Assembly (NCBI GenBank): GCA_965208575.1 | Contig: CBDBOV010000001.1 | Coordinates: 448,001 to 512,000 of the forward strand | Reading direction: 5' to 3' | From: Spirochaetia bacterium | Lineage (GTDB): Bacteria; Spirochaetota; Spirochaetia; SZUA-6; Bin103 | Length of the DNA stretch: 64,000 nucleotides | Shown: piece by piece, positions 1 to 9,992 of the stretch | Numbering within the stretch: position 1 is the stretch's first letter | How the letters are laid out: each line of letters starts with the position of its first letter | The notes under the pieces: generated by a model | The model's database searches: none | What the model was told of the DNA's origin: nothing | Seen by the model: only the letters and a program-made list of their open reading frames with translations | Translations under genes and position numbers: made by a program

Positions 1-573
1 GCCCTTCTCGCCCTTCTTCTCGCCGGAACCCTTGACGCCCCAATCGGCATCGCGGTCGCGGCGCCCGTCGGTGTCTTCCTTGTTATCCTTCGGCACCGGA
101 TAGCTGCTCGGACCGTTGGCCAGGGAGTGCAGCTCCTTGCCGTCCAGCGCCTGTACCTGGCCCAGGTCCGGCAGCTCAATCCGGAGTTCGTCGAGGGTGC
201 TGTGGAACAGCTCATCGATCTGCCCCTGATGCTTGCGCAGCCGGCGCTGGAAGCGGGTATAGGCGTATTCGCTGGGCACCGCCCGTGCGCCGTCGAACGG
301 GTCGAACCCGCACAGGTCTCGCAACTGCGCGTTGCGCAGCAACTCGCGCCGCAAGGCGGCGATGCTGGGATGCTGGAACACGAAGCCGGCGATCAGCGAG
401 TTCCACATCGGGCGCACCGGATAATCGTTGCGACCGCGACCGCGACCGGCTTCCAGCAGTTGCATCAGCGGCTCGTCGGGGAGCGCGTCGAGCACCAGCG
501 TCAGGCGTTCGAGATCACCCAACTGGTCGACGCTGTCCCAGCGGAACAGAAACGGATGTGGTATAGTGGCCAT
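1..573 (-). CDS. DDE transposase (IS5/IS1182-like), N-terminal part, runs off the window edge
   Basis: Not in the ORF track. Manual translation gives MATIPHPFLFRWDSVDQLGDLERL...GRGRNDYPVRPMWNSLIAG...LRRELLRNAQLRDLCGF...ALDGK...DADWG. SD (CAGGAG) lies upstream of the ATG at 573. Confidence 0.8.
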   Translation of the reverse strand, partial: MATIPHPFLFRWDSVDQLGDLERLTLVLDALPDEPLMQLLEAGRGRGRNDYPVRPMWNSLIAGFVFQHPSIAALRRELLRNAQLRDLCGFDPFDGARAVPSEYAYTRFQRRLRKHQGQIDELFHSTLDELRIELPDLGQVQALDGKELHSLANGPSSYPVPKDNKEDTDGRRDRDADWGVKGSGEKKGEKG

Positions 574-610
574 CGGCGGTTCTCCTGTTGTGAATTACTG
601 TTCACTTGCC

Positions 611-639
611 ACTATGGCGAGTTACAGGAGAACCGTCAA
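611..639 (-). promoter_or_regulatory. sigma70-type promoter of the transposase
   Basis: TTGACG-17 nt-CATAGT on the minus strand, ~40 nt upstream of the ATG. Confidence 0.6.
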
Positions 640-867
640 TTATTTTGTAGACAAACAGTTGCGATGTATCATCGGGGCCTTGACCGGCGCTCCCGACGCG
701 CGTACAGGGGATCAGCAGGTCGTGGGGTAAGAAATACCTCCCCCTGGTTTCTGATCGCCTGCATCGGGCTTGCAGCAAGCGCAATTGCCTCGGTCACGGG
801 GTAAAGAAAAAATCGCCCACTTCTATCTCGCTGCCCGCTTGGAACTTACCGACAGCGCAATTGGCTC

Positions 868-1668
868 CTAGATCTGGCAGTCTTGGTGGTGCCGGCGCAG
901 CCAGGCCTGGTGGATACGGAAGTCGGGCACCACGCACTCCACCAGGTTCCAGAACCGGGACGAGTGATTGAGCTCCACGAGGTGGGCCAGTTCGTGCACC
1001 AGCACGTACTCGAACACCTCCGGCGGAGCGAGCAGCAGGCGGGTGGCGATGCTGATGTTGCCGCGCGCCGAGCAACTCCCCCAGCGGCTGCGCGCATACC
1101 GGTAACGGACGGTGCCGAGCGGACGGCGAAAGTAGGTGTCGTTGAGATCCTCCACCTGCCCGCGCAGCTCCGGCTCCTTGGCCAGCGCCAGGCCGCGGCT
1201 CACCAGGCGCGGCAGCGCGTGGTCGCGCTGCGCCTCGGATTGGCCGGCCGCCAGGATCAGGCGCAGCGTCCGGCATCCGGTCATGTCCACCCGGCCGAGA
1301 CGAACCGCGTTGGTAGCGCGGTCGGCATGTTCCAGGTGCAGGCGGAACTCGCTGCCGGCGATGCTGAGCCGCTGATCGTGGCGATAACTGCGCGGCGGCC
1401 GGATGCGGAATCGGGCCGGGTCGCGCGTGATGGTGCGCGCGGCCCAGTGCAGCAGCGAGGTCACCTGCCGGTCGCACCACGTGATCGACTCCCCCACCGG
1501 GAGGCGAATCAGCACGCCGCGGCGTCCGATGGTGGCGCGCGCGTCGCGGCGCCGCTCGTGGCTCACGATGACCGGAAAGGTGAGGCCGCCGATCCGCAAC
1601 TCGGCCCGCGTCTCCGCGGGCGGCCTGAGGCGCACGCGCGGCACGTCGAACGTGTCCAGGTTGGTCAA
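868..1668 (-). CDS. M48/YgjP-like (DUF45) zinc metallopeptidase
   Basis: RWGSCS and YVLVHELAHLVELNHSSRFW motifs. TTG start overlaps the fabF stop. Confidence 0.85.
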   Translation of the reverse strand: MTNLDTFDVPRVRLRPPAETRAELRIGGLTFPVIVSHERRRDARATIGRRGVLIRLPVGESITWCDRQVTSLLHWAARTITRDPARFRIRPPRSYRHDQRLSIAGSEFRLHLEHADRATNAVRLGRVDMTGCRTLRLILAAGQSEAQRDHALPRLVSRGLALAKEPELRGQVEDLNDTYFRRPLGTVRYRYARSRWGSCSARGNISIATRLLLAPPEVFEYVLVHELAHLVELNHSSRFWNLVECVVPDFRIHQAWLRRHHQDCQI

Positions 1669-2915
1669 CCGCCGGCGCGCTTCAGGGAAATGACCCCGTT
1701 GTGGCCTCCGAACCCGAAACTGTTGGACAGCGCGGCGCGCATCGGAGCGGCCACGCCTCGCTGCGGGACGTAGTCCAGGTCGCACGCCGGATCCGGCTCT
1801 TCCAGGTTGGCGGTCGGCGGGTAGAACTGCTCGTGCAGCGCCTTGATGGTGACCACCGCTTCCACGCCGCCGGACCCGCCGAGCAGGTGGCCGACCATCG
1901 ACTTGGTGGACGACACCCTGAGCCGATACGCGTGCTCGCCGAACACCCCCTTGATGGCGGCGGTCTCGATCGGATCGTTCAGCGGCGTGGAAGTCCCGTG
2001 GGCGTTCACGTAGTCCACCTCGTGCGGCTCCAGTCCGCCGGTGCGCATTGCCATCCGCATCGCCGACTGGGCGCCGAGACCCTCGGGGTGCGGGGCGGTG
2101 AGGTGGTGCGCGTCGCAGGTAGCGCCGTAGCCGGCCAGTTCGGCGTATGCCGGCGCACCGCGCGCGGCCGCGTGGTCGGCGGATTCGATCACCAGCACGC
2201 CGGCGCCCTCGGCGAGCACGAAGCCGCTGCGGTCCTTGTCGAACGGGCGGCTGGCCCGCGCCGGGGTGTCGTTGAAGCTGGTGGTGAGGGCCTGCAGGTT
2301 GCCGAAGCCGGCGAAGCAGATGGGCGACAGCAACGCCTCGGCGCCGCCGGTAATCATCACGTCGCACAAGCCGGCGCGGATGCAGCGCAGCGCCCGGCCG
2401 ATGGCGTCGGTTGCCGAGGTGCAGGCGGAGGCGATCACCAGGCTCGGTCCGGTGATGCCGAACTTGATCGCGAGCTGCCCGACCGGGCTGTTGGCCATCA
2501 TCTTGGGTATGAACAATGGCTCCACGCCGGCCGGCGCGCGACTGTTCAGTTTGTCCCAGGCGTTTTCGAACGCCTGCACGCCGCCGAAGCCGACGCCGAG
2601 CATGATGCCGGTGCGCTCTGCCGCCAGCGCCGCCGTGCCGTCCAGGCCGGCGTCGTGCAGCGCCTGTATCGAAGCGATCATGGCATACACCGTGAACAGG
2701 TCCATGCGGCGCGCCTCGCGGCGGTCGAGGTAGTCGTGCACCGGCAGGTCATGCACCTCGCTCGCTACCTTGGCGGCGTGTCCGTCCGCCTCGAACTTGG
2801 TCAGCGGACCGATTCCGACGATGCCGTCGCGCGCCGACTGCCAAGTGTCGGCCGCGGTGTTGCCCAGGGAGCTCACCGCTCCCAGCCCGGTGACTACGAC
2901 GCGGGTCTGATCCAT
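1665..2915 (-). CDS. fabF: beta-ketoacyl-ACP synthase II
   Basis: RVVVTGLG, SACTS catalytic Cys, NAHGTST, KSMVGHLLG and SNSFGFGGHN motifs. Confidence 0.95.
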   Translation of the reverse strand: MDQTRVVVTGLGAVSSLGNTAADTWQSARDGIVGIGPLTKFEADGHAAKVASEVHDLPVHDYLDRREARRMDLFTVYAMIASIQALHDAGLDGTAALAAERTGIMLGVGFGGVQAFENAWDKLNSRAPAGVEPLFIPKMMANSPVGQLAIKFGITGPSLVIASACTSATDAIGRALRCIRAGLCDVMITGGAEALLSPICFAGFGNLQALTTSFNDTPARASRPFDKDRSGFVLAEGAGVLVIESADHAAARGAPAYAELAGYGATCDAHHLTAPHPEGLGAQSAMRMAMRTGGLEPHEVDYVNAHGTSTPLNDPIETAAIKGVFGEHAYRLRVSSTKSMVGHLLGGSGGVEAVVTIKALHEQFYPPTANLEEPDPACDLDYVPQRGVAAPMRAALSNSFGFGGHNGVISLKRAGG

Positions 2916-3000
2916 CGCGACATCCTGCGCTAAGGGTGGCGGTCAGGGGGCACGGCCGTCAAGACCGGTGGCCCACTTCATCGCGCGGCTCGGGCAGTCT

Positions 3001-4203
3001 TCATGTACTGGCGAAGTCCGCGTGCGGCGCCAGGTGGGTGATTCTGGATGCGGTGTCATGTATCTGCCCGATTTCCGCCGCCACGCCCGCGACTTCCTCT
3101 TCGCCGAGTGCCACCTCCAGCATGATCTGCGCCTCGTGGCGGGCCGCCGGGTCCAGGCTGATCACGCGCCCGGCGGCGCGTTCGACCGCCCGCGTGTTGG
3201 GATAGTCGGTGGCCGGCTCGATGCCGATCACGTACCCCTGCCCGGTGGCGGCGGTATTCTTCCACAGCGTCAGGCACGGAAGCTGCCGGCAGTCGAACCG
3301 CACCACCGCGGCACGGCGGTGATCGGCGGTGATGAGTGCGGCCAGCGAGGCGCCGTCACCCGGCAGGGCGGCCGGGCGGAAGAAGTAGCACTGTTCGACG
3401 TAGCCGGCGGTGGGCGCCAGGCACGTGGTGGCGCGGGCACTCGCGGTGTCCGGGTCGTCGCCGAGGCCGTCGGCGGCGCGCTCGTCGCGCGGCGCCATGC
3501 CATGGTAGGGCACGGCTACGCGGCTGCCCTCGGCCAGGAACGGCGGGCCGAAGTTGCAGTGGTAGAGCAGTTCCAGCTCGGCCGGGACAGCTCCGCGGTT
3601 GATGACGGTGTCGGCGACGGTGATGCGCGACGAGCCGGGCGTCACCGAAATGGTGGTCTGCAGCTCCAGCAGGGGGTGGAACAGCGCGCTCTCGGCGACG
3701 TGGCCGGTAATCTGCAGCACTTCCTGCGCCGGGTCCGCGGTCACCGCAACGTAGTGCGCGGGCGTGTTGGCGATCCTGCCGTGCAGGTCGAGCGCGACGG
3801 TAATCGGGTTGCCGTTGTTGTCCAGCACCGTGTCCGGGCCCGGCGCGCCGTTGCTGTCCAGGCCGCAGCGCACCATCCACTCGTCGAAGCCGCGCAGCCA
3901 GCCCAGCCCGCCGCGCTCGCCGGAGACCACGTAGGAGGGGTGCACCGGGCCGCGCACCGGGGCCTGCCAGCCAAGGTCCAGGCCGCGGAACGAGCCGCGC
4001 CAGAGCCCCATGCCGCGGGTCGGGAGGATCGCGAAGACCAACGCCCCGCAGGTTACCTGCACCAGGTCGACGCCGTCGCTCAACCCGCCGCGCAGGCGGC
4101 GCTTGGTGATCCGGCAATCGGGCAGGCCCAGCTCCGCCGGCCCGAGGTCCAGTGTCTCCACCCACACGCCCGCGGCGTGGTCGCACAGGGTCCATTGTCT
4201 CAT
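3001..4203 (-). CDS. DUF4432 / aldose 1-epimerase-like protein
   Basis: GLSDGVD, LPTRGMG, WLRGFDEW, LHGRIANTPA, LLYHCNFG and IGIEPAT motifs. Confidence 0.8.
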   Translation of the reverse strand: MRQWTLCDHAAGVWVETLDLGPAELGLPDCRITKRRLRGGLSDGVDLVQVTCGALVFAILPTRGMGLWRGSFRGLDLGWQAPVRGPVHPSYVVSGERGGLGWLRGFDEWMVRCGLDSNGAPGPDTVLDNNGNPITVALDLHGRIANTPAHYVAVTADPAQEVLQITGHVAESALFHPLLELQTTISVTPGSSRITVADTVINRGAVPAELELLYHCNFGPPFLAEGSRVAVPYHGMAPRDERAADGLGDDPDTASARATTCLAPTAGYVEQCYFFRPAALPGDGASLAALITADHRRAAVVRFDCRQLPCLTLWKNTAATGQGYVIGIEPATDYPNTRAVERAAGRVISLDPAARHEAQIMLEVALGEEEVAGVAAEIGQIHDTASRITHLAPHADFAST

Positions 4204-4250
4204 CGGGTCCACCCTCCCATGACCGACAGGACTGTAGATGACTCGCGCGC

Positions 4251-4321
4251 AACCGGCAATCGCCGAAGTACCGGCAGTACCGGCAGAACCGGCAATACCG
4301 GCAGGGTCGGCAGGCACCGGG
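4251..4321. repeat. degenerate 9-bp tandem repeat (TACCGGCAG-like, ~8 units)
   Basis: aaccggcaa/tcgccgaag/taccggcag/taccggcag/aaccggcaa/taccggcag/ggtcggcag in a divergent intergenic region. Confidence 0.7.
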
Positions 4322-4468
4322 TTACATCCGGTAATCAGTCAGATTGTCCGATCTGTATGCTGCGGCATACCAGGCGTACTCGTAGGGCTTTATTGCCGGT
4401 TCGCTATTTCGGTAAGGTGCCCGCGGCGGGCGCAGCGGCGTTTGCGCACCGCTGCAAGGAGGAACGGA

Positions 4469-5467
4469 TTGGCTATTCGAGCAGGCATTCTCGGCTGCGG
4501 GCGCATGTCGCGCCGCCACGCAAAGCGCATCCTGGAACATCCCGATGCCGAGCTGGCGGCGCTGTGCGACGTCGAAACCGGTCTCATCGAGCGTTGGGTC
4601 GAGGAGAACCTGTCGGAGTCGCTGGCCGGCTCCCCGGCGCCGCCGGCCTACGCGGATGCGGCGGCCATGTACCGGGAGGCTTCTCTCGACGCGGTGGTGA
4701 TCTCGACTCCGCACACCGCCCACTTCGAGCACGGCAAGCAGGCGATCGCGGCCGGCTGCCACGTGTTCATGGAGAAGCCGATGGTGACCGACACCGCTCA
4801 GGCGCGCGAGCTGGAGCGGCTGGTGAATGCATCGGGCCGCATCCTGGTAGTCGGCTACAACACGCCGAGCACGCCGGCGTTCCGCTACCTGCGCGAGGTG
4901 GTGCGCGCCGGCACCCTCGGCAAGCTGGAGCTGGTGGATGGCTTCCTGTCGCAGGGCTGGCGCGCCAGCACCACCGGCACCTGGCGGCAGGACCCGGCGC
5001 TGTCGGGCGGCGGCCAGGCCTACGACAGCGGCTCGCACCTGCTCAACAGCGTGGTGTGGACGGTCGAGTCCTCCCCGGAGCGGGTGTTCGCGTTCATGGA
5101 CAACCAGGGCACCCCGGTGGACATCAACAGCGTGCTCGCGGTGCGTTTCGCCAACGGCGTGATGGCGAGCATCACGGTCAGCGGCAACTGCGCGGCCGCC
5201 GGCGCGGGGCTGGTGTTCATCTTCGAGAACGGCCGTGTCGAGATCGACGGCTGGACCGGCTCCTGGATCCGCGTCTACGGCGCCGACGGCGAAATCGAAC
5301 CCGAGTTGCCCGGCGGTGCGGCGGCGCCCATCGTCAGCTTCATCGATGCGGTGCTCGGACGCGCCGAGCCGGCGTCGAGCCCGCGCAACGGGGTCATCTA
5401 CAGCGAGCTGATGGACGCCGTGTACGCTTCAGCGGCGAGCGGCGCCGCGGCCTCGCCACCGAGTTGA
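4469..5467 (+). CDS. Gfo/Idh/MocA family oxidoreductase
   Basis: GILGCG, ISTPHTAH, HVFMEKPM, WRQDPALSGGG. AGGAGG precedes the TTG at 4469. Confidence 0.9.
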   Translation: MAIRAGILGCGRMSRRHAKRILEHPDAELAALCDVETGLIERWVEENLSESLAGSPAPPAYADAAAMYREASLDAVVISTPHTAHFEHGKQAIAAGCHVFMEKPMVTDTAQARELERLVNASGRILVVGYNTPSTPAFRYLREVVRAGTLGKLELVDGFLSQGWRASTTGTWRQDPALSGGGQAYDSGSHLLNSVVWTVESSPERVFAFMDNQGTPVDINSVLAVRFANGVMASITVSGNCAAAGAGLVFIFENGRVEIDGWTGSWIRVYGADGEIEPELPGGAAAPIVSFIDAVLGRAEPASSPRNGVIYSELMDAVYASAASGAAASPPS

Positions 5468-5468
5468 T

Positions 5469-6287
5469 TCAGCAGGCCGGTTGCGGCGGCTCGCGCCTCG
5501 TGGCATCGCGTGGCGCGCCGCCGGCTGCACGCGAGGTGCGCCGCCGGCTGCCACCTCCGGCTGCCAGGTAGCGGCTCCGCTGGTCGGGCGGGAACTTCTC
5601 GATGGCGCAGCGCAACATGGTGCGCGGCATCGTGGCGCCGTGAGCGTCCAGGAACGCCAGTTCCCTGTCCAGGTCGCGCTTGCCCACCTCGCGCAGCATC
5701 CACCCCACCGCCTTGTGGATCAGGTCATGCTCGTGGTGCAGCAGGACCTCGGCGATCGCCAGCGCCGAGGCGAACCGGTCCGCCTTGATCAGCGGCAGCG
5801 TGGCCAGCATGGCGACGCGTTGCCGCCACAGGTCGCCGCTGGCGGCCAGCCAGTGGAGGACCTGGTGCGCGGCCGGTGGTTGATCGAGCAGCCAGGTGCC
5901 GAGAATCCTGGGCGCCGAGAGATCGACCAGGTCCCAGTTGTTCACCGCGGAGAGCTGGTCCAGGTAGAAACCCACGATCGCCGCGCGACCCGCCCAGTCG
6001 GCCTTGGCAAACTGCTGCACCAGGATCAGCAGCGCGGTGAGGCGCGCCTCGTGGAAGGGGTTGGCCAGCAGTTCGGCGATCGCGGTCCAATGGAGGCTGG
6101 CGAAGCGCCGCGCCACCCGCCGCTGCAGCGGTACGGTCACGCCCAGGAAACGGTCGCCCTCGCCATACTCGCCCGGGCCGGTGCGGAAGAAGCGTGGCAG
6201 GAAGCGCGCCTTCTCCGGGTCGATCAACTCCTCCAGGGCAGTGACGACCGTTGCCGCGTCAGCAGGGGCGGGTTGCGCCTCAGCCAC
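5469..6287 (-). CDS. DNA alkylation repair protein (AlkD-like HEAT repeat)
   Basis: FFRTGPGEYGEGDRFLGV, NNWDLVD, HDLIHKAVGWMLREVGKR. Confidence 0.9.
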   Translation of the reverse strand: MAEAQPAPADAATVVTALEELIDPEKARFLPRFFRTGPGEYGEGDRFLGVTVPLQRRVARRFASLHWTAIAELLANPFHEARLTALLILVQQFAKADWAGRAAIVGFYLDQLSAVNNWDLVDLSAPRILGTWLLDQPPAAHQVLHWLAASGDLWRQRVAMLATLPLIKADRFASALAIAEVLLHHEHDLIHKAVGWMLREVGKRDLDRELAFLDAHGATMPRTMLRCAIEKFPPDQRSRYLAAGGGSRRRTSRAAGGAPRDATRREPPQPAC

Positions 6288-6846
6288 CGGTGGAAGTCGG
6301 GTCTTCGCCCGCCGCCTCCGGCGGGTCGGCGAGCCGGCGCAGCCACAACCGTACCAGGCTCACCAGGATGATGGCGGCGGCGGCCGCGGCGGCCGCTGCC
6401 AGCACGAACAACATCGTGCGATCGGCGTCTGCAACGCGCGGCGCAAGATTCACCGCCAGCAGGGCCACCAGGTAGGCGCCGGCGGCGCCGAGCCCGCAAC
6501 TGCGTACCAGGTGGCGCCAGCGGGAGGCGTACTCCGCGAAGCGCACGGCGCGCCCGAACAGGGCCACCCAGTCGTAGCCCAGCTCCAGGAGCAGAAACAC
6601 GGCGATGCCGACGCCGAGCGCGCCCCAGAAGTCGGGGCCGCGCCCCGCCGCCAGCACCGCTCCCCAGTAGGCCGGCAGCAGCAGCGCCGCGCCGGCCGCC
6701 AGCAGGCGATAACGGCGCAGCGCCGCGCCGGCCAGAGCGCCCGCGACCGCCGCGGTCACCAGTACGGCAACCCCGCCGGAGGTATCGATGCTCAGCACGT
6801 ACAGCGCCACCAGCAGCGGCAGGGCCAGCACCAGGCCGCGAATCAT
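6280..6846 (-). CDS. membrane protein of the MoxR/DUF58 module
   Basis: About six hydrophobic segments; co-oriented downstream of the DUF58 gene. Confidence 0.7.
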   Translation of the reverse strand: MIRGLVLALPLLVALYVLSIDTSGGVAVLVTAAVAGALAGAALRRYRLLAAGAALLLPAYWGAVLAAGRGPDFWGALGVGIAVFLLLELGYDWVALFGRAVRFAEYASRWRHLVRSCGLGAAGAYLVALLAVNLAPRVADADRTMLFVLAAAAAAAAAIILVSLVRLWLRRLADPPEAAGEDPTSTGG

Positions 6847-6864
6847 CGCAACACCGCCCGTTCG

Positions 6865-8202
6865 CTACGCGGCACCGGCGCGCCCCGCTACCGCCACCGC
6901 CCCGGCGGTGGCGCGGCGCAGGCTGTCGATGCCGCGCGCCACCAGCTCCGGCGGCGTGTCGGCGGCGCACGGCACCACCGGCATGCCGGCGTGCTGCAGG
7001 CTGCGCAGCCGTTCGTCCAGCTCCAGCCGCCACAGCGAGGCGGCCGCGGAGCTCAGCAGGCGGCCGCGCGCGTCGCGCCGATGGCGCCGCTCCGCCTCCT
7101 CGGCCGCCGCCGCGGCATCGAGCGCTACCAGCACCACGTTGAAGCCGCGCGCGTGCAGGTCGCCGGCCGCGAACGCGAAGCGCGCGTCGATGAGGCCGGA
7201 GATGGCGATGATGAACGCCCGCGCCGGCAGGATGCGAGTCGGAATGGTGCGCAGGTCCTGGCCCACGTAGCTGCGCCGCACCGCGACGTCGGTGAGGTTC
7301 TCCAGCAACCGGTAGCGCTGCCGGTGGCCGCTCGCCGGGATCACCCACTTCAGGATGCCGCTCAGCTCGATCAGCCCGACCCGGTTGCGGGTGGCCAGAA
7401 AGTGGTCGGCGAGGCTGGCGGCGATGCGCGTGGCGGTGTCGAGCAGCCGCGCCCCCGGCGGCCCCGCGTCGGCGAACGTGTCGAGCAGCAGCACGACGTC
7501 GGCGTTGCGCTCCGGCGCGAAGTCGTTGACGTGCAGGGTGCCCATGCGCAGCGACGCACGCCAGTTGATGCTGCGCAGCCGGTCGCCGGGCACGTGCGGG
7601 CGCAGCTCGGCGATCTCCAGGCCCTCGCCGATGGTCGGCGCCGGGTAGTTGCCCATGTATACCTGGGTGCGCACGGGCCGCACCGGGTGGCCGATCGGGG
7701 TAGTGAGCGGACGCACGGTAAGCTCGTGGCGCGGCGCCTCGGTCGACTCCCAGCGCACCAGGGCGGAGGCGTCGTGCCAGCGCTGTTGCAGGCCGCCGAG
7801 GGCGAGGCGGGCGCGGCGGTGGAACTGCACCCGGTAGTGGAACCGCTCGCCTGTGCCGGCGTACAGCGGCCGCACGATGCGGTTGCTGCCGGTGGTCACC
7901 TCGGCCCACGCCGGCAGCGGATCGACCAGCTCCAGCACGCCCACGTCGGCGTCCGGCAGCACCTCGATATGCACGTCCACCGGCTCGTCCTCGTGCACCG
8001 CACCCTGGGTCACCTCGTAGCGGGTGCGGGCGCGCGGGGCGCCCTCGCTGAACAAGGCGGTCAGGATCGCCGCCGCGAACGGCGCCACCGCCACCAGCGG
8101 CTCCAGGCGTCCGATGATCACCGCCGCCAGCACGGCGCAGGTGGTGATGATGAAGTACAGGGTGAGGCGCCCGCTGTAGCGCTTCACCGGCGCCTGGCTC
8201 AC
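6865..8202 (-). CDS. DUF58 domain protein
   Basis: GEGLEIAELRPHVPGDRLRSINWRAS and VVLLLD motifs, with N-terminal TM helices. Confidence 0.9.
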   Translation of the reverse strand: MSQAPVKRYSGRLTLYFIITTCAVLAAVIIGRLEPLVAVAPFAAAILTALFSEGAPRARTRYEVTQGAVHEDEPVDVHIEVLPDADVGVLELVDPLPAWAEVTTGSNRIVRPLYAGTGERFHYRVQFHRRARLALGGLQQRWHDASALVRWESTEAPRHELTVRPLTTPIGHPVRPVRTQVYMGNYPAPTIGEGLEIAELRPHVPGDRLRSINWRASLRMGTLHVNDFAPERNADVVLLLDTFADAGPPGARLLDTATRIAASLADHFLATRNRVGLIELSGILKWVIPASGHRQRYRLLENLTDVAVRRSYVGQDLRTIPTRILPARAFIIAISGLIDARFAFAAGDLHARGFNVVLVALDAAAAAEEAERRHRRDARGRLLSSAAASLWRLELDERLRSLQHAGMPVVPCAADTPPELVARGIDSLRRATAGAVAVAGRAGAA

Positions 8203-8744
8203 GGCAGGTCCGCCAGCTTGCGGGCCACGGCGGCCAGTGCCACGGCGGTCGCGCGCCGCTCCCCGAGCAGCCAGGCCAACCATCGGTTCCGGTCGCGCGC
8301 CGCGGCCGCCAGCCGCTGCAGTTCGGCGCCCACCTCGACCGCGGCCGGACCCGGCTGCTTGCCGGCCAGGATCTGCTCCAGCCGCGGCACCACCACCGAG
8401 TTCAGGTAGGAGGGGCTGCGCGATGCGGCGTCGAGCTGGTGGAGCAGCTCCTGGTACGAGTCGGGAGGACCGCCGCTCGCGGCGGCCGTACCCGGCCTCG
8501 CCGCATCGGCGTCGTTCTCGCCGTCCGCGCGGCGTTGCTCGCGGACCGTGCGATGAGCGAAGCGAATGGTGATGCCCACGATGGTCAGGGCGACGACGCC
8601 GGCTACGGCGGTGGTGCGCAGCGTGGGGTCGTCGCCGGCGGTGAGCGCCCACACCAGCAGGCCGGCGGCGGCGACCAGCAGCGCGATGGCACTGCGCCGT
8701 CCGTAGGGACGCGGTTTCAGATCCTGCTTGGAGTAGTCGCTCAT
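8199..8744 (-). CDS. hypothetical membrane-anchored protein
   Basis: Two N-terminal TM segments; overlaps neighbours in operon fashion. Confidence 0.7.
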   Translation of the reverse strand: MSDYSKQDLKPRPYGRRSAIALLVAAAGLLVWALTAGDDPTLRTTAVAGVVALTIVGITIRFAHRTVREQRRADGENDADAARPGTAAASGGPPDSYQELLHQLDAASRSPSYLNSVVVPRLEQILAGKQPGPAAVEVGAELQRLAAAARDRNRWLAWLLGERRATAVALAAVARKLADLP

Positions 8745-9739
8745 GCCGCCCTCAGTCGGCCGCGAATGTCGTGCAGGCAGCGCAGCGCGGTGTCGCGGTC
8801 GCCGCGCGAAATGGCGTGTTCGGAAAAGCGCGCCACCTCGTAGCGGGTAGCGAGCTCAAGGAGGGCACGCGCCGGCAGCGCCGGCAGGTCGAGCACCAGG
8901 GCGCGTATGAACTCCAGCGGCGTCTGGTGCGCTTCGCGCGGGTGCTCGTTGCGCGCCAGCGCCATCTCCAGGTATGCCCAGCAGCCGATCACGGCACGCC
9001 GGAAGTCCTGCTCGGCCTCCAGCTCCGCGATCGCCAGCTCGGTGGCCTCCGCCAGGTCACGGCGCAACTCCTCGGACAGCTTCTCGTCGACCGGCTCCGC
9101 CTCCGGCGTGGCACGCATCAGGCGCACGGCGAAGTAGATCGCCGCGGCGAAGCCCACCGCCAGCAGGCCCAGCAGGATAATCCGCGATCGCCGGGCGCGG
9201 GTGGCCGCGGAGAGCGGATCTTCCAACGGCTCCGGCAACTCCTCGAGTTCCTCCTCTTCGACCTCCTCGCCGTCGCCCTCCCCCAGCGGCAGCCGCTGCT
9301 CCGCTTCTTCGGGCACCGCGATGAACGACAGCAACAGCGCAACCAGGAAGTAGAACACCAGCATGCCGGCCACCATCAAGATGATGATGCGCCACGGCAG
9401 CGCGCTGCCGCGCTTGTAGCGGTTGCGGTTGGCGCCGAGGACGACGAGCAGGTACGCCATGGCCAGCGCGCCGAGACCGAGCGTCGCCACGCCGAGCAGG
9501 ATCACCAGCAGGGAGGTGGCGGCGCCGCCCAGGTAAGGAATCATGGCGATGCCGTCGGCGCCGGAGGTGGTGGCCGGAGCAAGCCGTTCGCTGCGCGGCA
9601 GCACGGTCACCGCGACCAACAGCGCGGCGCAGGTCAGCAGGGCCGCCGCCGCCAGCGGCAGGATCCGCCGCCGCCCGACCTGCGGGCCGACCAGCGGCAG
9701 CGAGCGGGCGTAGCGCAGCAACTGGTCCACGGTGATCAT
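8741..9739 (-). CDS. DUF4129 domain membrane protein
   Basis: C-terminal RRAVIGCW...REAHQTPLEF...RYEVARFS signature. Confidence 0.8.
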   Translation of the reverse strand: MITVDQLLRYARSLPLVGPQVGRRRILPLAAAALLTCAALLVAVTVLPRSERLAPATTSGADGIAMIPYLGGAATSLLVILLGVATLGLGALAMAYLLVVLGANRNRYKRGSALPWRIIILMVAGMLVFYFLVALLLSFIAVPEEAEQRLPLGEGDGEEVEEEELEELPEPLEDPLSAATRARRSRIILLGLLAVGFAAAIYFAVRLMRATPEAEPVDEKLSEELRRDLAEATELAIAELEAEQDFRRAVIGCWAYLEMALARNEHPREAHQTPLEFIRALVLDLPALPARALLELATRYEVARFSEHAISRGDRDTALRCLHDIRGRLRAA

Positions 9740-9992
9740 GTACGCGCCGCCGGCGTGGTGGAACGGACCCGGTGCTCCATGCCGGGCGGCATTACAACAC
9801 ACGCCATCATCGGGAGTCAAAGGCGGCCATCGCCCGCCGCGACACCGTCCGTGGGCCGCACCGGCCGTACCACAGCACACCCCCAACGAATTTCATCTCC
9901 ACGGACGCATCTTCGACGAGCATGTTGACGGCTGCGCCGAGGAAGGTTAGGAACCGGGTGGAGTCTGCACGGTCAGTCCGTGACATGAAACG

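Noticed and set aside
127-804. 225-aa plus-strand ORF
   Set aside because: Antisense shadow of the transposase at 1-573.
2968-8409. 867-aa and 801-aa plus-strand ORFs
   Set aside because: Shadow or off-frame ORFs overlapping well-supported genes.
9880-9990. Possible remnant of an OmpR-type winged-helix gene (RIFDEHV...)
   Set aside because: Similarity too short and weak to support.
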